Source of the DNA: Desulfosoma sp.
Lineage (GTDB): Bacteria > Desulfobacterota > Syntrophobacteria > Syntrophobacterales > DSM-9756
NCBI GenBank assembly: GCA_037481835.1
Contig: JBBFKW010000011.1
Coordinates: 64,001 to 128,000, forward strand
Length of the DNA stretch: 64,000 nucleotides
Direction of reading: 5' to 3'
Within the stretch, counting starts at the first letter, position 1, and each line of letters begins with the position of its first letter. The notes under the pieces were generated by a model. That model was not told the origin of the DNA, searched no databases, and worked only from the letters and a program-made list of their open reading frames with translations. A program made the position numbers and the translations under genes. Positions 1 through 11,544 of this stretch are shown in pieces.

Positions 1-1142
1 ATTTTCGAAAGATTTTCCGAAACGATCCCAACGTGGGAGGGCGCTATTCCGCCCTGACCTTTTTCGGCCTCGTGCCCGCGGCGCTTTTGGGAATCGACCT
101 TCGGGACATTCTCGACCGTGCCGAAACGATGGCCGGCGCCTGCCGCTGGGACAACGGACCTACCATGGATCGCAATCCCGGTTTGTGGCTCGGGGCCGTG
201 CTGGGTACGTTGGCTCTTGAGGGGCGGGACAAGGTGACCTTTTTTGTGGATCCGGTTTTCGCCAACTTCGGTGACTGGGTGGAGCAGCTCGTCGCCGAAA
301 GCACGGGGAAAGAGGGTACGGGCATCCTCCCGGTGGTGGACGAGCCCTTGGGAGAAGCCGCCGCGTACGGGTCGGATCGATTGTTCGTCACCCTATGCGA
401 CCGCAGAAGCCATGCGAGGGCAGGGACACCCGATCCGGCGGTGCTCTTCGGCGAACGGAACTTTCCCACGGTCTCCATCACGGCGGAAGGGCCGGGGGAC
501 GCAGGGGCTTTGTTTTTCCTGTGGGAATTTGCCACGGTGGTGGCGGGGCACCTTCTGCGCATCAATCCCTTCGATCAGCCCAATGTGGAATCGGCCAAGG
601 TGCAGGCGAAAAAGATGCTTGCGGCCTACAAAGAATCCGGTCGTTTGCCGGAACTACCGGCGGCCTTCCGATGGAACAATGTGGCGGTGATGGGGGAAGC
701 GGAGGGTTCAAGCGCACCCGAAGCGCTTCGCCGTTTCGCCGACGCCGTCGCCGAAGGGGGTTACCTGGGGGTGCACGCCTATGTGGCGCCTTCTCGGGAA
801 ATGGACGACGCTCTTGGCGCCTTGCGAAAAGCCCTTCGAGATCGCACGAAAAAAGCCGTCACGGTGGGCTACGGTCCGCGATTTCTTCACTCCACCGGCC
901 AGCTTCACAAAGGCGATGCCGGCAAAGGGGCTTTCATCCAGATTACGGACGAGCCAAGGCCGGATCTTCCCATTCCGGACGAAGCCGGCCGGCAGGAGGC
1001 TTCGATGAGCTTCGGGACCCTCATCGCCGCCCAAGCCCTGGGCGATCGCGAAGCATTGCTCGCCGCCGGCCGAAGGGTGCTGCGTTTTCACGTCACCGGC
1101 GATGTGGCGCCAACGCTCCATGCCCTCGTCGAGGCACTCTAA
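1..1142 (+). CDS. pgi: Glucose-6-phosphate isomerase (possibly the C-terminal part of a transaldolase-PGI fusion), 5'-truncated by the window edge
   Basis: Frame is open from base 3 (FRKIFRNDPNVGGRYSAL). PGI motifs GGRYS, EQLVAESTGKEG, INPFDQPNVESAK and GPRFLHSTGQLHKG are present. Confidence 0.85.
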   Translation, partial: FRKIFRNDPNVGGRYSALTFFGLVPAALLGIDLRDILDRAETMAGACRWDNGPTMDRNPGLWLGAVLGTLALEGRDKVTFFVDPVFANFGDWVEQLVAESTGKEGTGILPVVDEPLGEAAAYGSDRLFVTLCDRRSHARAGTPDPAVLFGERNFPTVSITAEGPGDAGALFFLWEFATVVAGHLLRINPFDQPNVESAKVQAKKMLAAYKESGRLPELPAAFRWNNVAVMGEAEGSSAPEALRRFADAVAEGGYLGVHAYVAPSREMDDALGALRKALRDRTKKAVTVGYGPRFLHSTGQLHKGDAGKGAFIQITDEPRPDLPIPDEAGRQEASMSFGTLIAAQALGDREALLAAGRRVLRFHVTGDVAPTLHALVEAL

Positions 1143-1165
1143 GGACGCATCGGAGCCTGCTCGTT

Positions 1166-2512
1166 TCAGCGGTTTCCAGTATCGCAAGCCCTTGAAGTCG
1201 ACGCCTCGGGACCGGCAGACGTGCCGAAGACGCGTTGGAAGATGGCGTCCACGTGTTTCAAGTGATACCCGAGGTCGAACAGTGCGTCGAGTTCCGCAGG
1301 GCCGAGATGGGCGGCCACTTCGGGATCCGCCTCCAACCGATCCCTGAGATGCCCGCCCTCCTGCCATACCTTCATGGCGTTTCGCTGCACCACACGGTAC
1401 GCGTCTTCGCGGCTGAGGCCTTTGCCCACCAAAGCGAGGAGCACCCTTTGGGAAAACAGAAGACCTCCGGTGATTTCCATATTGAGGCGCATGCGCTCCG
1501 GATAGGCGACGAGTTTGTCCAGGACGCGGGTGAGGCGGTTCAGCATGTAGTCCAGGAGAATCGTGGAATCCGGTCCGATGATCCGTTCCACGGACGAATG
1601 GCTGATATCCCGCTCGTGCCATAAGGCCACATTTTCCATGGCCGCCAAAGCGTTTCCCCGCAACACCCGGGCCAGCCCCGAAAGGTTTTCGGAGGCGATG
1701 GGGTTGCGCTTGTGGGGCATGGCCGAAGAGCCTTTCTGGCCGGGAGCGAAGTACTCTTCCGCTTCGCGCACTTCGGTGCGCTGGAGGTGCCGGATTTCCA
1801 CGGCGATTTTCTCCACCGTACAGCTGATCACGGCGAGCGTTGTGAAATACTCAGCGTAGCGATCCCTTTGGATCACCTGGGTGCTGATCGGGGCGGGCTC
1901 CAGTCCCAGACGGCGGCACACGCGCTCTTCGATGTCGGGATCGATGTTGGCATAGGTCCCCACGGCCCCCGAAATCTTTCCCACCCGCATGGTCTCTCGG
2001 GCTCGCTGGAGCCTTTCTCGGTTTCGCTGCATTTCGGCGTACCAGAGGGCCCATTTGAGGCCGAAGGTGACGGGTTCGGCGTGGATTCCGTGAGAACGGC
2101 CCATCATGACCGTGTTTTTGAACTCGTAGGCACGTCGCTTGAGCACGTCCAGCAGCCGGTCCAGGTCTTCCAGGAGGAGGTCCGACGCCTCGAGAAAAAG
2201 CAGGGCGTTGGCCGTGTCCAAGACGTCGGAAGACGTCAGTCCTTCGTGGATGAACCGGGAGGCCGGCCCCACGTGTTCGGCCACGCAGGTCAGGAAGGCG
2301 ATGACGTCGTGTTGGGTTTCCTTTTCGATTTCGTCGATCCGTTCCACGCGGAAAGCGGCTTTTTCGCGAATATCCTTCATGGCCCACGGCGGGATTTCCC
2401 CCCGTTCCGCCCGGGCTTCGCACACGGCCAGTTCCACGTCCAGCCACTTGCGGTACTTGTTTTCCAAGGTCCAGATGCGGCCCATCTCCGGGCGCGTGTA
2501 TCTCTCGATCAT
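1166..2512 (-). CDS. purB: Adenylosuccinate lyase
   Basis: MIERYTRPEM N-terminus, GRSHGIHAEP, and the fumarate-lyase signature GSSAMPHKRNP. Confidence 0.97.
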   Translation of the reverse strand: MIERYTRPEMGRIWTLENKYRKWLDVELAVCEARAERGEIPPWAMKDIREKAAFRVERIDEIEKETQHDVIAFLTCVAEHVGPASRFIHEGLTSSDVLDTANALLFLEASDLLLEDLDRLLDVLKRRAYEFKNTVMMGRSHGIHAEPVTFGLKWALWYAEMQRNRERLQRARETMRVGKISGAVGTYANIDPDIEERVCRRLGLEPAPISTQVIQRDRYAEYFTTLAVISCTVEKIAVEIRHLQRTEVREAEEYFAPGQKGSSAMPHKRNPIASENLSGLARVLRGNALAAMENVALWHERDISHSSVERIIGPDSTILLDYMLNRLTRVLDKLVAYPERMRLNMEITGGLLFSQRVLLALVGKGLSREDAYRVVQRNAMKVWQEGGHLRDRLEADPEVAAHLGPAELDALFDLGYHLKHVDAIFQRVFGTSAGPEASTSRACDTGNR

Positions 2513-2557
2513 TGAATCCCAATCCTTTCTGTGAAATGGATTTTTCGTCCCTTGAAT

Positions 2558-3223
2558 TCAGCCGCTTCGGGCGACTTTGTTGAGCTGTTCCATGGCCTTG
2601 CTGGGGGCCAGCAGGACGAGCACGTCTCCGGTTCGGATGACGAAATCGGCCTTTGGAATGAAAATCGGGGTGGCGCTGGACGCTTGTCGCACCGCCAGCA
2701 CCTGGGTTCCGAAACGGTTGATCATGTCCAGTTCCCTCAGGGTTTTTCCCACAAACGGCGGCGGAGCTTCCACTTCGAAAATGCCGTGATCCCCGATAAA
2801 GGGCAAATACTCCAGCATGTTCGGGTAGGCCAGCCGCCTGGCCAGGCTTAATGCCAAGTCCTTTTCAGGAAAAAGGATTTGATCGGCCCCCACGCGCCGG
2901 AGAATCCTTTCGTGTTCTTCACTGAGCGCCTTGGCGTATACGTTTCGGACTCCGATTTCCTTCAGAAGGAACGTGGCGAGAATGCTGGCCAGCATGTTGG
3001 TCCCGATGGTCACCACGGCCACATCGGCTTCGGTGACTCCCAGGTCCAGAAGGTTTTCCTTTTGGGTGGCATCCGCCGTGGCGGCCACGGCGATGTCGTT
3101 TTTGGCATGCTGCACGGCGTCCTTTCGAATATCCAGGCCCAGCACGTCAAAACCCTGCCGGGAGAGTTCCCGTCCCAGGTAGTACCCGAAATTGCCTAAG
3201 CCGATAATGGCGATGCGTTTCAC
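2558..3223 (-). CDS. ktrA: TrkA/KtrA family K+ uptake NAD-binding (RCK) subunit
   Basis: Rossmann motif IIGLGNFG, a C-terminal RCK_C segment (VGKTLRELDM), and adjacency to the TrkH/KtrB gene. Confidence 0.9.
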   Translation of the reverse strand: MKRIAIIGLGNFGYYLGRELSRQGFDVLGLDIRKDAVQHAKNDIAVAATADATQKENLLDLGVTEADVAVVTIGTNMLASILATFLLKEIGVRNVYAKALSEEHERILRRVGADQILFPEKDLALSLARRLAYPNMLEYLPFIGDHGIFEVEAPPPFVGKTLRELDMINRFGTQVLAVRQASSATPIFIPKADFVIRTGDVLVLLAPSKAMEQLNKVARSG

Positions 3224-3234
3224 GGGTCATCCTT

Positions 3235-4602
3235 TCAGCCGATCATCACGGGTTCTTCGGCGTATTCGTAGCGGCTCGTCCGCGTTGTGGGTTGCATGGC
3301 CGAGGCCAGCACCAGAGGCCCCAGACGGCCGATGAACATGAGGGCGATGACCGTGACCTTACCCCAGGAGCTCAGCGTGGGGGTGGCGCCCAGGCTCAGC
3401 CCCACCGTGCCGAACGCCGAGGTGGCCTCGAAAAGGAGATCCAGGAAACGGCCTCGACCTTCCGGGACCCGAAGGCGCCCCAGTTCGGAGCCGAGCAGGA
3501 AGGCCGTGCCCAGGACCACCACCACAGCCGACAACACAAACACGGAGAAAGCCCGCCGCAAGGTTTCATCGGAAATGGTCCTTTTGAACGCATGCACGCA
3601 GGGACTCCCTTTCAGGCGGGCTCGACTGAGAGCTACCAAGACCGCAACAGTCGTGGTCTTGACCCCGCCGCCTGTGGATCCTGGGCAGGCGCCGACGAAC
3701 ATCAAAAGGATCGTTCCCAGAAGGGTCAACTCCTTCATGGAGGAAAAGTCCAGGGAGTTGAAGCCGGCCGTCCGAGTGGTGACGGATTGGAAAAACGAGA
3801 GCAGGATCTTGCGGTGAAGGGGCATGCCGGCCAGAGTGTTCGTCCATTCGGTGCTCAAGAAGAACATGGTGCCGGAGATGAGCAGGAAAACCGTGGTGGT
3901 GACGGCCAGCTTGGAATGCAGGGACAGCCGCCTCCAAGGTTTCCGTGAGTGGAAGGAGCGAGCCGCTTCATGGAGGACGAGAAACCCGAGGCCGCCGGAG
4001 ATGATCAACCCCGCCATGGTCAGGAGCACTACAGGGGAGTCTTGAAACCCCATGAGGGAGTCCGAAAAGAGGGAGAACCCCGCGTTGCAGAAGGCACTCA
4101 CACTGTGGAAGACCGCATGAAAAACAGCTTCACCGGGCGGTATCTTTTGGAGAAAGGCTCCGGCGAGTATGACGGCTCCCGCACCTTCGATCAGAGCGGT
4201 AAAGAGCACGACGTGGGCGATGAGGCTTCCTAGAGGGGCGCTTGGGCCGTAGGTGTAGGTGTCTTGGAGGAGAAAACGGGACTGAAAGGAGACGCGTTGG
4301 CCCAAGGCCATGAGAAGCACGGTGGAAAACACCATGATGCCGAGGCCGCCCACCTGGATCAGGGCCATGAGCACTCCTTGAGCCGATGGGCGGAAAAGGG
4401 TGCCCACATCGTAGAGGCTCAGCCCCGTAACACAGGTGGCCGAAGTGGCCATGAACACGGCATCGAGAAAAGGAATATGGGTCTCCGTTCGGGTGGGAAT
4501 CGCCCACAGAGCCAGACTGCCCGCAAAGATGACGGCAGCGAACCCCACGACGGGGATAAGGGACGCCGGCAGGGGCGAAGTTTTCCTGTGCTCGAGTTTC
4601 AT
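3235..4602 (-). CDS. ktrB: TrkH/KtrB family K+ uptake membrane subunit
   Basis: Four pore-loop motifs (SATCVTGLS, SAFCNAGFS, TTRTAGFN, SAFGTVGLS) and PGSTGGGVKTTT. Confidence 0.93.
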   Translation of the reverse strand: MKLEHRKTSPLPASLIPVVGFAAVIFAGSLALWAIPTRTETHIPFLDAVFMATSATCVTGLSLYDVGTLFRPSAQGVLMALIQVGGLGIMVFSTVLLMALGQRVSFQSRFLLQDTYTYGPSAPLGSLIAHVVLFTALIEGAGAVILAGAFLQKIPPGEAVFHAVFHSVSAFCNAGFSLFSDSLMGFQDSPVVLLTMAGLIISGGLGFLVLHEAARSFHSRKPWRRLSLHSKLAVTTTVFLLISGTMFFLSTEWTNTLAGMPLHRKILLSFFQSVTTRTAGFNSLDFSSMKELTLLGTILLMFVGACPGSTGGGVKTTTVAVLVALSRARLKGSPCVHAFKRTISDETLRRAFSVFVLSAVVVVLGTAFLLGSELGRLRVPEGRGRFLDLLFEATSAFGTVGLSLGATPTLSSWGKVTVIALMFIGRLGPLVLASAMQPTTRTSRYEYAEEPVMIG

Positions 4603-4701
4603 AAGGGATTTTTCCTTGAGCCGAACCGGCTCTCCTATAGCACAAGATCACGGCCGGTGTCCAAAACCCTTTGAAAGGGCTGTGAAAGACCGGACGACGG
4701 T

Positions 4702-4729
4702 TTGACTCTTGCCGAGCGGTGACTATAAT
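4702..4729 (+). promoter_or_regulatory. Sigma70-type promoter for the sfsA-eno-coaE-sdhAB run
   Basis: TTGACT-16 nt-TATAAT in the divergent intergenic region. Confidence 0.65.
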
Positions 4730-4785
4730 CAGCTCACTATGCAAAGCCGTTCGTACGATGCTTGAGACCCTTTTCAGGACTCATC

Positions 4786-5508
4786 ATGCCCGAGGCACTG
4801 CTTCAGACGGTTCGTTTGAATTTGGCGGGGCTCATCCCCGCGGTTTTTGTCCGACGTCCGAACCGTTTTCTGGCGGAAGTGCTCATGGAAGACGGCCGCC
4901 GGGAGAGGGTCCATTGCCCCAATTCGGGATCCATGAAGGGGTGTTTGGAGGAGGGGGCCCCGGTGCGCCTGTCTCGTGCCCCTTCAGGCCGGGTTCGCAA
5001 GACGGCTTACACGTGGGAAATGATCAAGATCAACGGCGGCTGGGTGGGCATCAACACCCAGGTTCCCAACGAACTGGCGGCCCAGGCCGCCCAGAAGCGG
5101 GCGGTTCCCCTTTTTCGAAACGTTCATGCCGTGCAGCGAGAGGTGGCTGTCGGAGCCCACGCCCGCATGGACCTCCGGGCGGAGACCTCCTCGGGGCCCC
5201 TTTGGGTGGAAGTGAAGAACGTGACCCTTGTGGAAGACGGCACGGCCTTTTTCCCCGATGCCGTGACCGATCGAGGGACCAAGCATTTGGACGTTCTTGT
5301 GGACCGGGTCCGCTGCGGCGAGCAGGCGGCCATGTTCTATGTGGTGCAAAGGACGGACGCCCGCCGGTTCGCTCCGGCGGCCCACATTGATCCCGTTTAC
5401 GCCGAGCGTTTCCGGTGGGCGAGAGGCGAAGGGGTCGCTGTGTGCGTCGTGCAGGCCCGGGTCAGTCCCGAAGCGATCGTTTTGGAAAGATTCTTGCCGT
5501 TTGAGTGA
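4786..5508 (+). CDS. sfsA: DNA/RNA nuclease SfsA (sugar fermentation stimulation protein)
   Basis: RRPNRFLA, HCPNSGSM, VEVKNVTL and FPDAVTDRGTKHL motifs. Start placed at ATG 4786. Confidence 0.93.
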   Translation: MPEALLQTVRLNLAGLIPAVFVRRPNRFLAEVLMEDGRRERVHCPNSGSMKGCLEEGAPVRLSRAPSGRVRKTAYTWEMIKINGGWVGINTQVPNELAAQAAQKRAVPLFRNVHAVQREVAVGAHARMDLRAETSSGPLWVEVKNVTLVEDGTAFFPDAVTDRGTKHLDVLVDRVRCGEQAAMFYVVQRTDARRFAPAAHIDPVYAERFRWARGEGVAVCVVQARVSPEAIVLERFLPFE

Positions 5509-6870
<1,362 letters not shown>

Positions 6871-6883
6871 AGCCACATCGGAC

Positions 6884-7531
6884 ATGCAGGATCGGCCCGT
6901 GCGCATCGCCTTGACGGGCGGGATCGCTTCCGGCAAAAGCACGGTGGCGAAAATGCTGGCGGACAAAGGGGCCGTGGTGCTGGATGCCGACGAAGCGGCC
7001 CGCCGAGCGGTTCGGCCGGGCCAGCCCGCGTGGGTGAAGCTCAAGGAAATCCTAGGGCCTGATTTTTTCGATCCCTCCACGGGAGAACTCAAGAGAAGGA
7101 AACTTCGGGAGCGGATCATCCGCGACGAGGCGCTCCGCTCCCAAGTCAATGCCGCGGTACACCCCGCCGTGCTGGAGACCATGGAAGCGGCGTGGCGCGA
7201 GTGGTGCCTGCGCGAGCCGGATCGGCCCGTCATTTTTGATATCCCCTTGCTCTATGAGGCGGACCTCCAAGAAGCCTTCGACTGTGTCGTCCTGGCCTAT
7301 GCCGATCCGCAAACCCAGGTGATGCGGTTGAGTCGCCGGGACGGGGTTTCGCTGGAGGAAGCGCACAAGACCCTGGCCATGCAGCTTCCCATCGAATGGA
7401 AACGCCGTCGGGCCCATGTGGTCATCGACAACTCGGGGGATTTGGAAAGCACACGCCGCCAGGTGGACGCTCTGTGGGAGAAAATCATGCAAAGGAAAAG
7501 GCGATGCCGGAAACACGCACCCACGACGTGA
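6884..7531 (+). CDS. coaE: Dephospho-CoA kinase
   Basis: [15 protein letters not shown]-loop, DIPLLYE and VIDNSG. Confidence 0.94.
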   Translation: MQDRPVRIALTGGIASGKSTVAKMLADKGAVVLDADEAARRAVRPGQPAWVKLKEILGPDFFDPSTGELKRRKLRERIIRDEALRSQVNAAVHPAVLETMEAAWREWCLREPDRPVIFDIPLLYEADLQEAFDCVVLAYADPQTQVMRLSRRDGVSLEEAHKTLAMQLPIEWKRRRAHVVIDNSGDLESTRRQVDALWEKIMQRKRRCRKHAPTT

Positions 7532-9234
7532 TCATAGTGGGATCGGGCCTTGCGGGACTGAGGGCGGCCGTGGAAACGGCCGGCCGCCTCAATGTGGCCC
7601 TCATCAGCAAAGTTTTTCCCACCCGGTCCCATTCGGGCGCCGCCCAGGGAGGGATTGCGGCGGCTTTGGGCAACGAGGAGCCCGATTCTTGGGAATGGCA
7701 CATGTTTGATACCGTCAAGGGCGGCGATTACCTCACGGACCAGGATGCCGCCGAAGTCCTTGCCCGGGATGCACTCCGCGCGGTTTACGAACTGGAACAC
7801 ATGGGGGTACCGTTCAACCGCAACCCTGACGGCACCATCGCCCAGAGGGCATTTGGAGGGCATACGCGAAACTTCGGCGAAGCACCCGTCAAGCGCGCAT
7901 GCTACGCCTCGGACCGTACGGGCCGGGTCATCCTGGATACTCTCTACGGCCAATGCGTCCAGAGGGGGATTCAGGTCTACCCGGAATTGTCCGTGGTGGA
8001 TCTCGTGGTTCGGGACCGAGCCGTTTGCGGCGTCGTGGCTTTGGAATGGGCTACGGGGGAACTCCATATCTTCCATGCCAAGGCCGTCATGTTGGCCACA
8101 GGGGGGTTCGGCAAGGTGTTTAAGACCACGTCCAACTGTTTCGCCAATACGGGGGACGGAGCGGCCTTGGTCTATCGGCACGGCTTTCCCTTGCAGGACA
8201 TGGAATTCGTGCAATTTCACCCTACGGGCATCTACGGCCTCGGGGTGCTCATCAGCGAAGCGGCGCGAGGCGAAGGGGGGATCCTCAAAAACCGTCTCGG
8301 CGAGCGGTTCATGGAACGCTATGCTCCGACGATTAAAGACCTGGCCGCCCGGGATGTGGTCTCGCGGGCGATCATGAGCGAAATCCGGGCCGGGCGGGGA
8401 ATTGACGGCCGCGACTTCGTCCATCTGGACCTGACCCATCTGGGCAAGGAAAAACTGGCGGAAAGACTCTCGGACATTTCCTCCTTCGTGCGCATTTATC
8501 TTGGGATCGACCCGGCGGAGGCCCCCATTCCCGTCCAACCGACGTGCCACTACATGATGGGCGGAATTCCGACGGATGTGGACGGCCGGGCTTTGGACGT
8601 CCACCACCGGCCCATTGAGGGGCTTTACGCCGCCGGGGAGTGCGCCTGTGTGTCCGTTCACGGCGCCAACCGGCTGGGGTGCAATTCGCTCTTGGACTTG
8701 GTGGTTTTCGGACGTCGGGCCGGGAGGCACATGGCGGCCCATGTGCCGAAAGCGGAGCTTGTGCCCCTGCCTTCCCAAAGCGAGACGTCCATTCGGGAAC
8801 GAATGGAAAAGATCAAGGAGAGAACGAAAGGCGTTCGGCCCGCCGTTCTTCGCGAGCGCATGCAACAGGAGATGATGGAACGGTGCGGCGTCTACCGCAC
8901 GGCACAGGGGCTGGAAAAGGCTCTGGGAACCATTCGAGGGTTGCAAGAAGAATATCGGCGAAACGTGTTTTTGGACTATCGAGGCGACCGGTACAATACG
9001 GATCTCATGGAAGCCCTGGAACTGGAATCCCTTCTTGCGCTGTCTGAAGTGATCCTCCTTTCGGCGGCATCCCGTCGTGAAAGCCGTGGAGCCCACAGCC
9101 GGGAAGACTATCCGGAACGGGACGACCTAAACCACCTGCACCACACCCTGCTCTTTCGCGACGAGGAAAAACCCCGGCTGGCCACCAAGCCGGTTTCCAT
9201 CACCCGGTTCCAACCCAAACCGAGGGTTTATTGA
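7504..9234 (+). CDS. sdhA: Succinate dehydrogenase/fumarate reductase flavoprotein subunit
   Basis: GSGLAG FAD motif, [10 protein letters not shown] (covalent FAD His), QFHPTG, HYMMGG, HGANRLG and ESRGAH. Confidence 0.95.
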   Translation: MPETRTHDVIIVGSGLAGLRAAVETAGRLNVALISKVFPTRSHSGAAQGGIAAALGNEEPDSWEWHMFDTVKGGDYLTDQDAAEVLARDALRAVYELEHMGVPFNRNPDGTIAQRAFGGHTRNFGEAPVKRACYASDRTGRVILDTLYGQCVQRGIQVYPELSVVDLVVRDRAVCGVVALEWATGELHIFHAKAVMLATGGFGKVFKTTSNCFANTGDGAALVYRHGFPLQDMEFVQFHPTGIYGLGVLISEAARGEGGILKNRLGERFMERYAPTIKDLAARDVVSRAIMSEIRAGRGIDGRDFVHLDLTHLGKEKLAERLSDISSFVRIYLGIDPAEAPIPVQPTCHYMMGGIPTDVDGRALDVHHRPIEGLYAAGECACVSVHGANRLGCNSLLDLVVFGRRAGRHMAAHVPKAELVPLPSQSETSIRERMEKIKERTKGVRPAVLRERMQQEMMERCGVYRTAQGLEKALGTIRGLQEEYRRNVFLDYRGDRYNTDLMEALELESLLALSEVILLSAASRRESRGAHSREDYPERDDLNHLHHTLLFRDEEKPRLATKPVSITRFQPKPRVY

Positions 9235-9235
9235 G

Positions 9236-9940
9236 ATGGAACTGACCTTTGAAATCTTTCGGTTCGATCCAGAAGTGGACACCGCGCCGCGCTACCAGAC
9301 GTACCGGGTTTGGGCGGACCCGACGGAAAGGATTCTCGACTGCCTGAACCGGATCAAATGGGAACAGGACGGCAGCCTGAGCTTTCGCATGTCGTGCGGC
9401 CACGGGGTATGCGGATCCGACGCCGTGCGCATCAACGGTCGGTGCGCCCTGGCCTGCCAGAAGCTGGTCAAGGACGTGGCCGAGGCTCAGCCGGTCCGGG
9501 TGGAGCCCTTGCCGTCTTTTCGGGTGCTCAAGGATCTGGTCGTGGATCTGGATCCCTTTTTTGAAAAGGTGCACTGGGTCAAGCCCTATCTTTTGGGCGG
9601 GCCGGAGGCCCCGGAGAAGGAAAGGTTGCAGGATCCGGAAGAAAGGAAGAAACTGGATCACGTGATCCGCTGTATCCTCTGCGCCTGCTGTGTGGCGTCC
9701 TGTCCGGTGACGGCGGAAAACGAGCGGTTTCTCGGGCCGGCCCCCCTTGTGTGGGCGTTCCGCTACATTTTCGACGGCCGGGACAAGGAAAAGGAGGATC
9801 GATTGCGCAGGGTCGACACACCTGACGGCGCCTGGGGCTGCAAGAACCATTTCGAATGCACCCGGGTATGCCCCAAGGAAATCCCCGTCACCAAGAGTAT
9901 CAACATCATCAAGCGGGAAATCGAAAAGGTGCTGCGTTAG
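9236..9940 (+). CDS. sdhB: Succinate dehydrogenase/fumarate reductase iron-sulfur subunit
   Basis: Cluster motifs SCGHGVCGSD, CILCACCVASCP and CKNHFECTRVCP. Confidence 0.95.
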   Translation: MELTFEIFRFDPEVDTAPRYQTYRVWADPTERILDCLNRIKWEQDGSLSFRMSCGHGVCGSDAVRINGRCALACQKLVKDVAEAQPVRVEPLPSFRVLKDLVVDLDPFFEKVHWVKPYLLGGPEAPEKERLQDPEERKKLDHVIRCILCACCVASCPVTAENERFLGPAPLVWAFRYIFDGRDKEKEDRLRRVDTPDGAWGCKNHFECTRVCPKEIPVTKSINIIKREIEKVLR

Positions 9941-9956
9941 AGAAAGGAGGCTCATC

Positions 9957-10235
9957 ATGTTCCAGCAAAAAGACGTGGAAGCGAAAATCAGAGAACTCTA
10001 CCCGGACATCGATAAGTTCGGCATCTTCGTCACGGTGAAAAAAGACAAACTGGTGGGCGCCACCAATTACGCCGTGCAGTTGGAAAAGGACACGCGAACC
10101 GCCACCTTCAAGCTGGGGATCGAGGACGTCAAGCAGTGCATGGCGGGAAACCGTTGTGCGCTCATCACGGCGGAGCTCGGCCAGTTCATCAAGCGCTTCA
10201 TCGACGAAAACTACAGCATCGCGGAAGCGGGCTAG
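9957..10235 (+). CDS. Small hypothetical soluble protein (92 aa, two Cys)
   Basis: Strong AAAGGAGG RBS before ATG 9957, directly after sdhB, with protein-like composition. Confidence 0.75.
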   Translation: MFQQKDVEAKIRELYPDIDKFGIFVTVKKDKLVGATNYAVQLEKDTRTATFKLGIEDVKQCMAGNRCALITAELGQFIKRFIDENYSIAEAG

Positions 10236-10418
10236 AAGCCTGGCCGAGAACGGCTTTCTCCCAGGAGCGCGGGCGTCTCGGTCGCCCCGGAAGCGGGCCG
10301 GAGGCCGCGCTCCCAGGAAAAACATCGCCTTTTTTTATTATCGGACAAGCTCCTAGGGCGGGGTTTTCGACTCCACAGAGAGATTTCCTCCAGAGTGCCG
10401 ACCAAAATCTGCCGACCC

Positions 10419-10514
10419 GTAGGTTGGGGTGAGCGCAGCGAACCCCAACGGATATTGTGCCAACAATTATCAGCCAACCCGTAGGTTGAACTGAGCGCAG
10501 CGAACCCCTTCAAC
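10419..10514 (+). repeat. Two GTAG-type REP-like palindromes (10419-10449 intact, 10481-10514 degenerate)
   Basis: GTAGGTTGGGGTGAGCGCAGCGAACCCCAAC: a GTAG tetranucleotide followed by an imperfect hairpin. The motif recurs elsewhere in the window. Confidence 0.85.
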
Positions 10515-10544
10515 AATCGCCGACGTGGCAAAGGAAGGACTCAA

Positions 10545-11507
10545 ATGCTCCATTGGCTTCCCGGGCCTTTAAACGGCCTTTTCTCCATCGCGTGGCTTTC
10601 GGCCAATACACTCGTGTGGTTTGTCCCCCTCATTCTGGCGGCTTTTCTCAAATGGGTCATTCCCGCCGCCCGATGGCGCGCCTGGTGCGACCGTGTGCTC
10701 AACGGCATGGCCCAGACTTGGGTGGCGTTCAATAACCTGGGAATGGCCTTGACCAAAAGAATCCACTGGAAAGTGAACGGCTTGGATTCTCTGAAGGAGA
10801 AAGGCTGGTATTTGGTGCTGGCCAACCATCAGAGCTGGACGGACATCGTGGTGCTCCAGAAGGTGTTCCACCGTCGCCTTCCCTTTCTGAAGTTTTTTCT
10901 CAAAAAAGAGCTCCTTTACGTCCCGTTTTTGGGCATGGCGTGGTGGGCCCTGGATTTTCCCTTCATGAAAAGATCCTCCGCCGCGGCCGTGAGGAAAAAA
11001 CCGGAAATTCAGGCTCGGGACGTGGCCGAAACCGTCAAGGCCTGCGAGAAATTCAAGCGGGTTCCCATCGCGGTAATGAATTTTGCCGAGGGAACCCGGG
11101 CGACGGGTGCCAAAATCCTGGAAAAGGGTTCCCCCTACACCCATCTGCTGAGGCCGAAAGCCGCGGGGGCCGCTCTGGTGTTGGCCACGCTCAAGGAGCG
11201 GTTGCAAAGCATTGTGGATGTGACCGTCGTCTATCCCGAAGGGCCCATCAGCTTTTGGCGTTTTCTGTGCGGCAAGGTTCGAGAGGTCTGGATCCACGTG
11301 GAGGCGATTCCCATCCACAAAGACCTCTTGGGGGATTATTTTAACGACCGGGAATTCCAGAAGCGCTTCCAAAAATGGCTGAACGATCTTTGGGAAGCCA
11401 AAGACCGCCGGATCGAAGCCATGAAACGGGAATGGCACCGACAAGCTTTGGGAAAAACCGGCGACGCTTTCCAGCCTGCAGGGGATTGGGACGGATCCGT
11501 GGCGTAA
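10545..11507 (+). CDS. PlsC-superfamily acyltransferase (YihG-like)
   Basis: NHQSWTD, KFFLKKEL, WWALDFPFMKR and FAEGTR motifs. Confidence 0.9.
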   Translation: MLHWLPGPLNGLFSIAWLSANTLVWFVPLILAAFLKWVIPAARWRAWCDRVLNGMAQTWVAFNNLGMALTKRIHWKVNGLDSLKEKGWYLVLANHQSWTDIVVLQKVFHRRLPFLKFFLKKELLYVPFLGMAWWALDFPFMKRSSAAAVRKKPEIQARDVAETVKACEKFKRVPIAVMNFAEGTRATGAKILEKGSPYTHLLRPKAAGAALVLATLKERLQSIVDVTVVYPEGPISFWRFLCGKVREVWIHVEAIPIHKDLLGDYFNDREFQKRFQKWLNDLWEAKDRRIEAMKREWHRQALGKTGDAFQPAGDWDGSVA

Positions 11508-11544
11508 CGCGCCGGGACCTGTGTGTGGGCATGGAGTGGGGACG

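Noticed and set aside
7297..9096. 599-aa minus-strand ORF
   Set aside because: It is antisense to sdhA.
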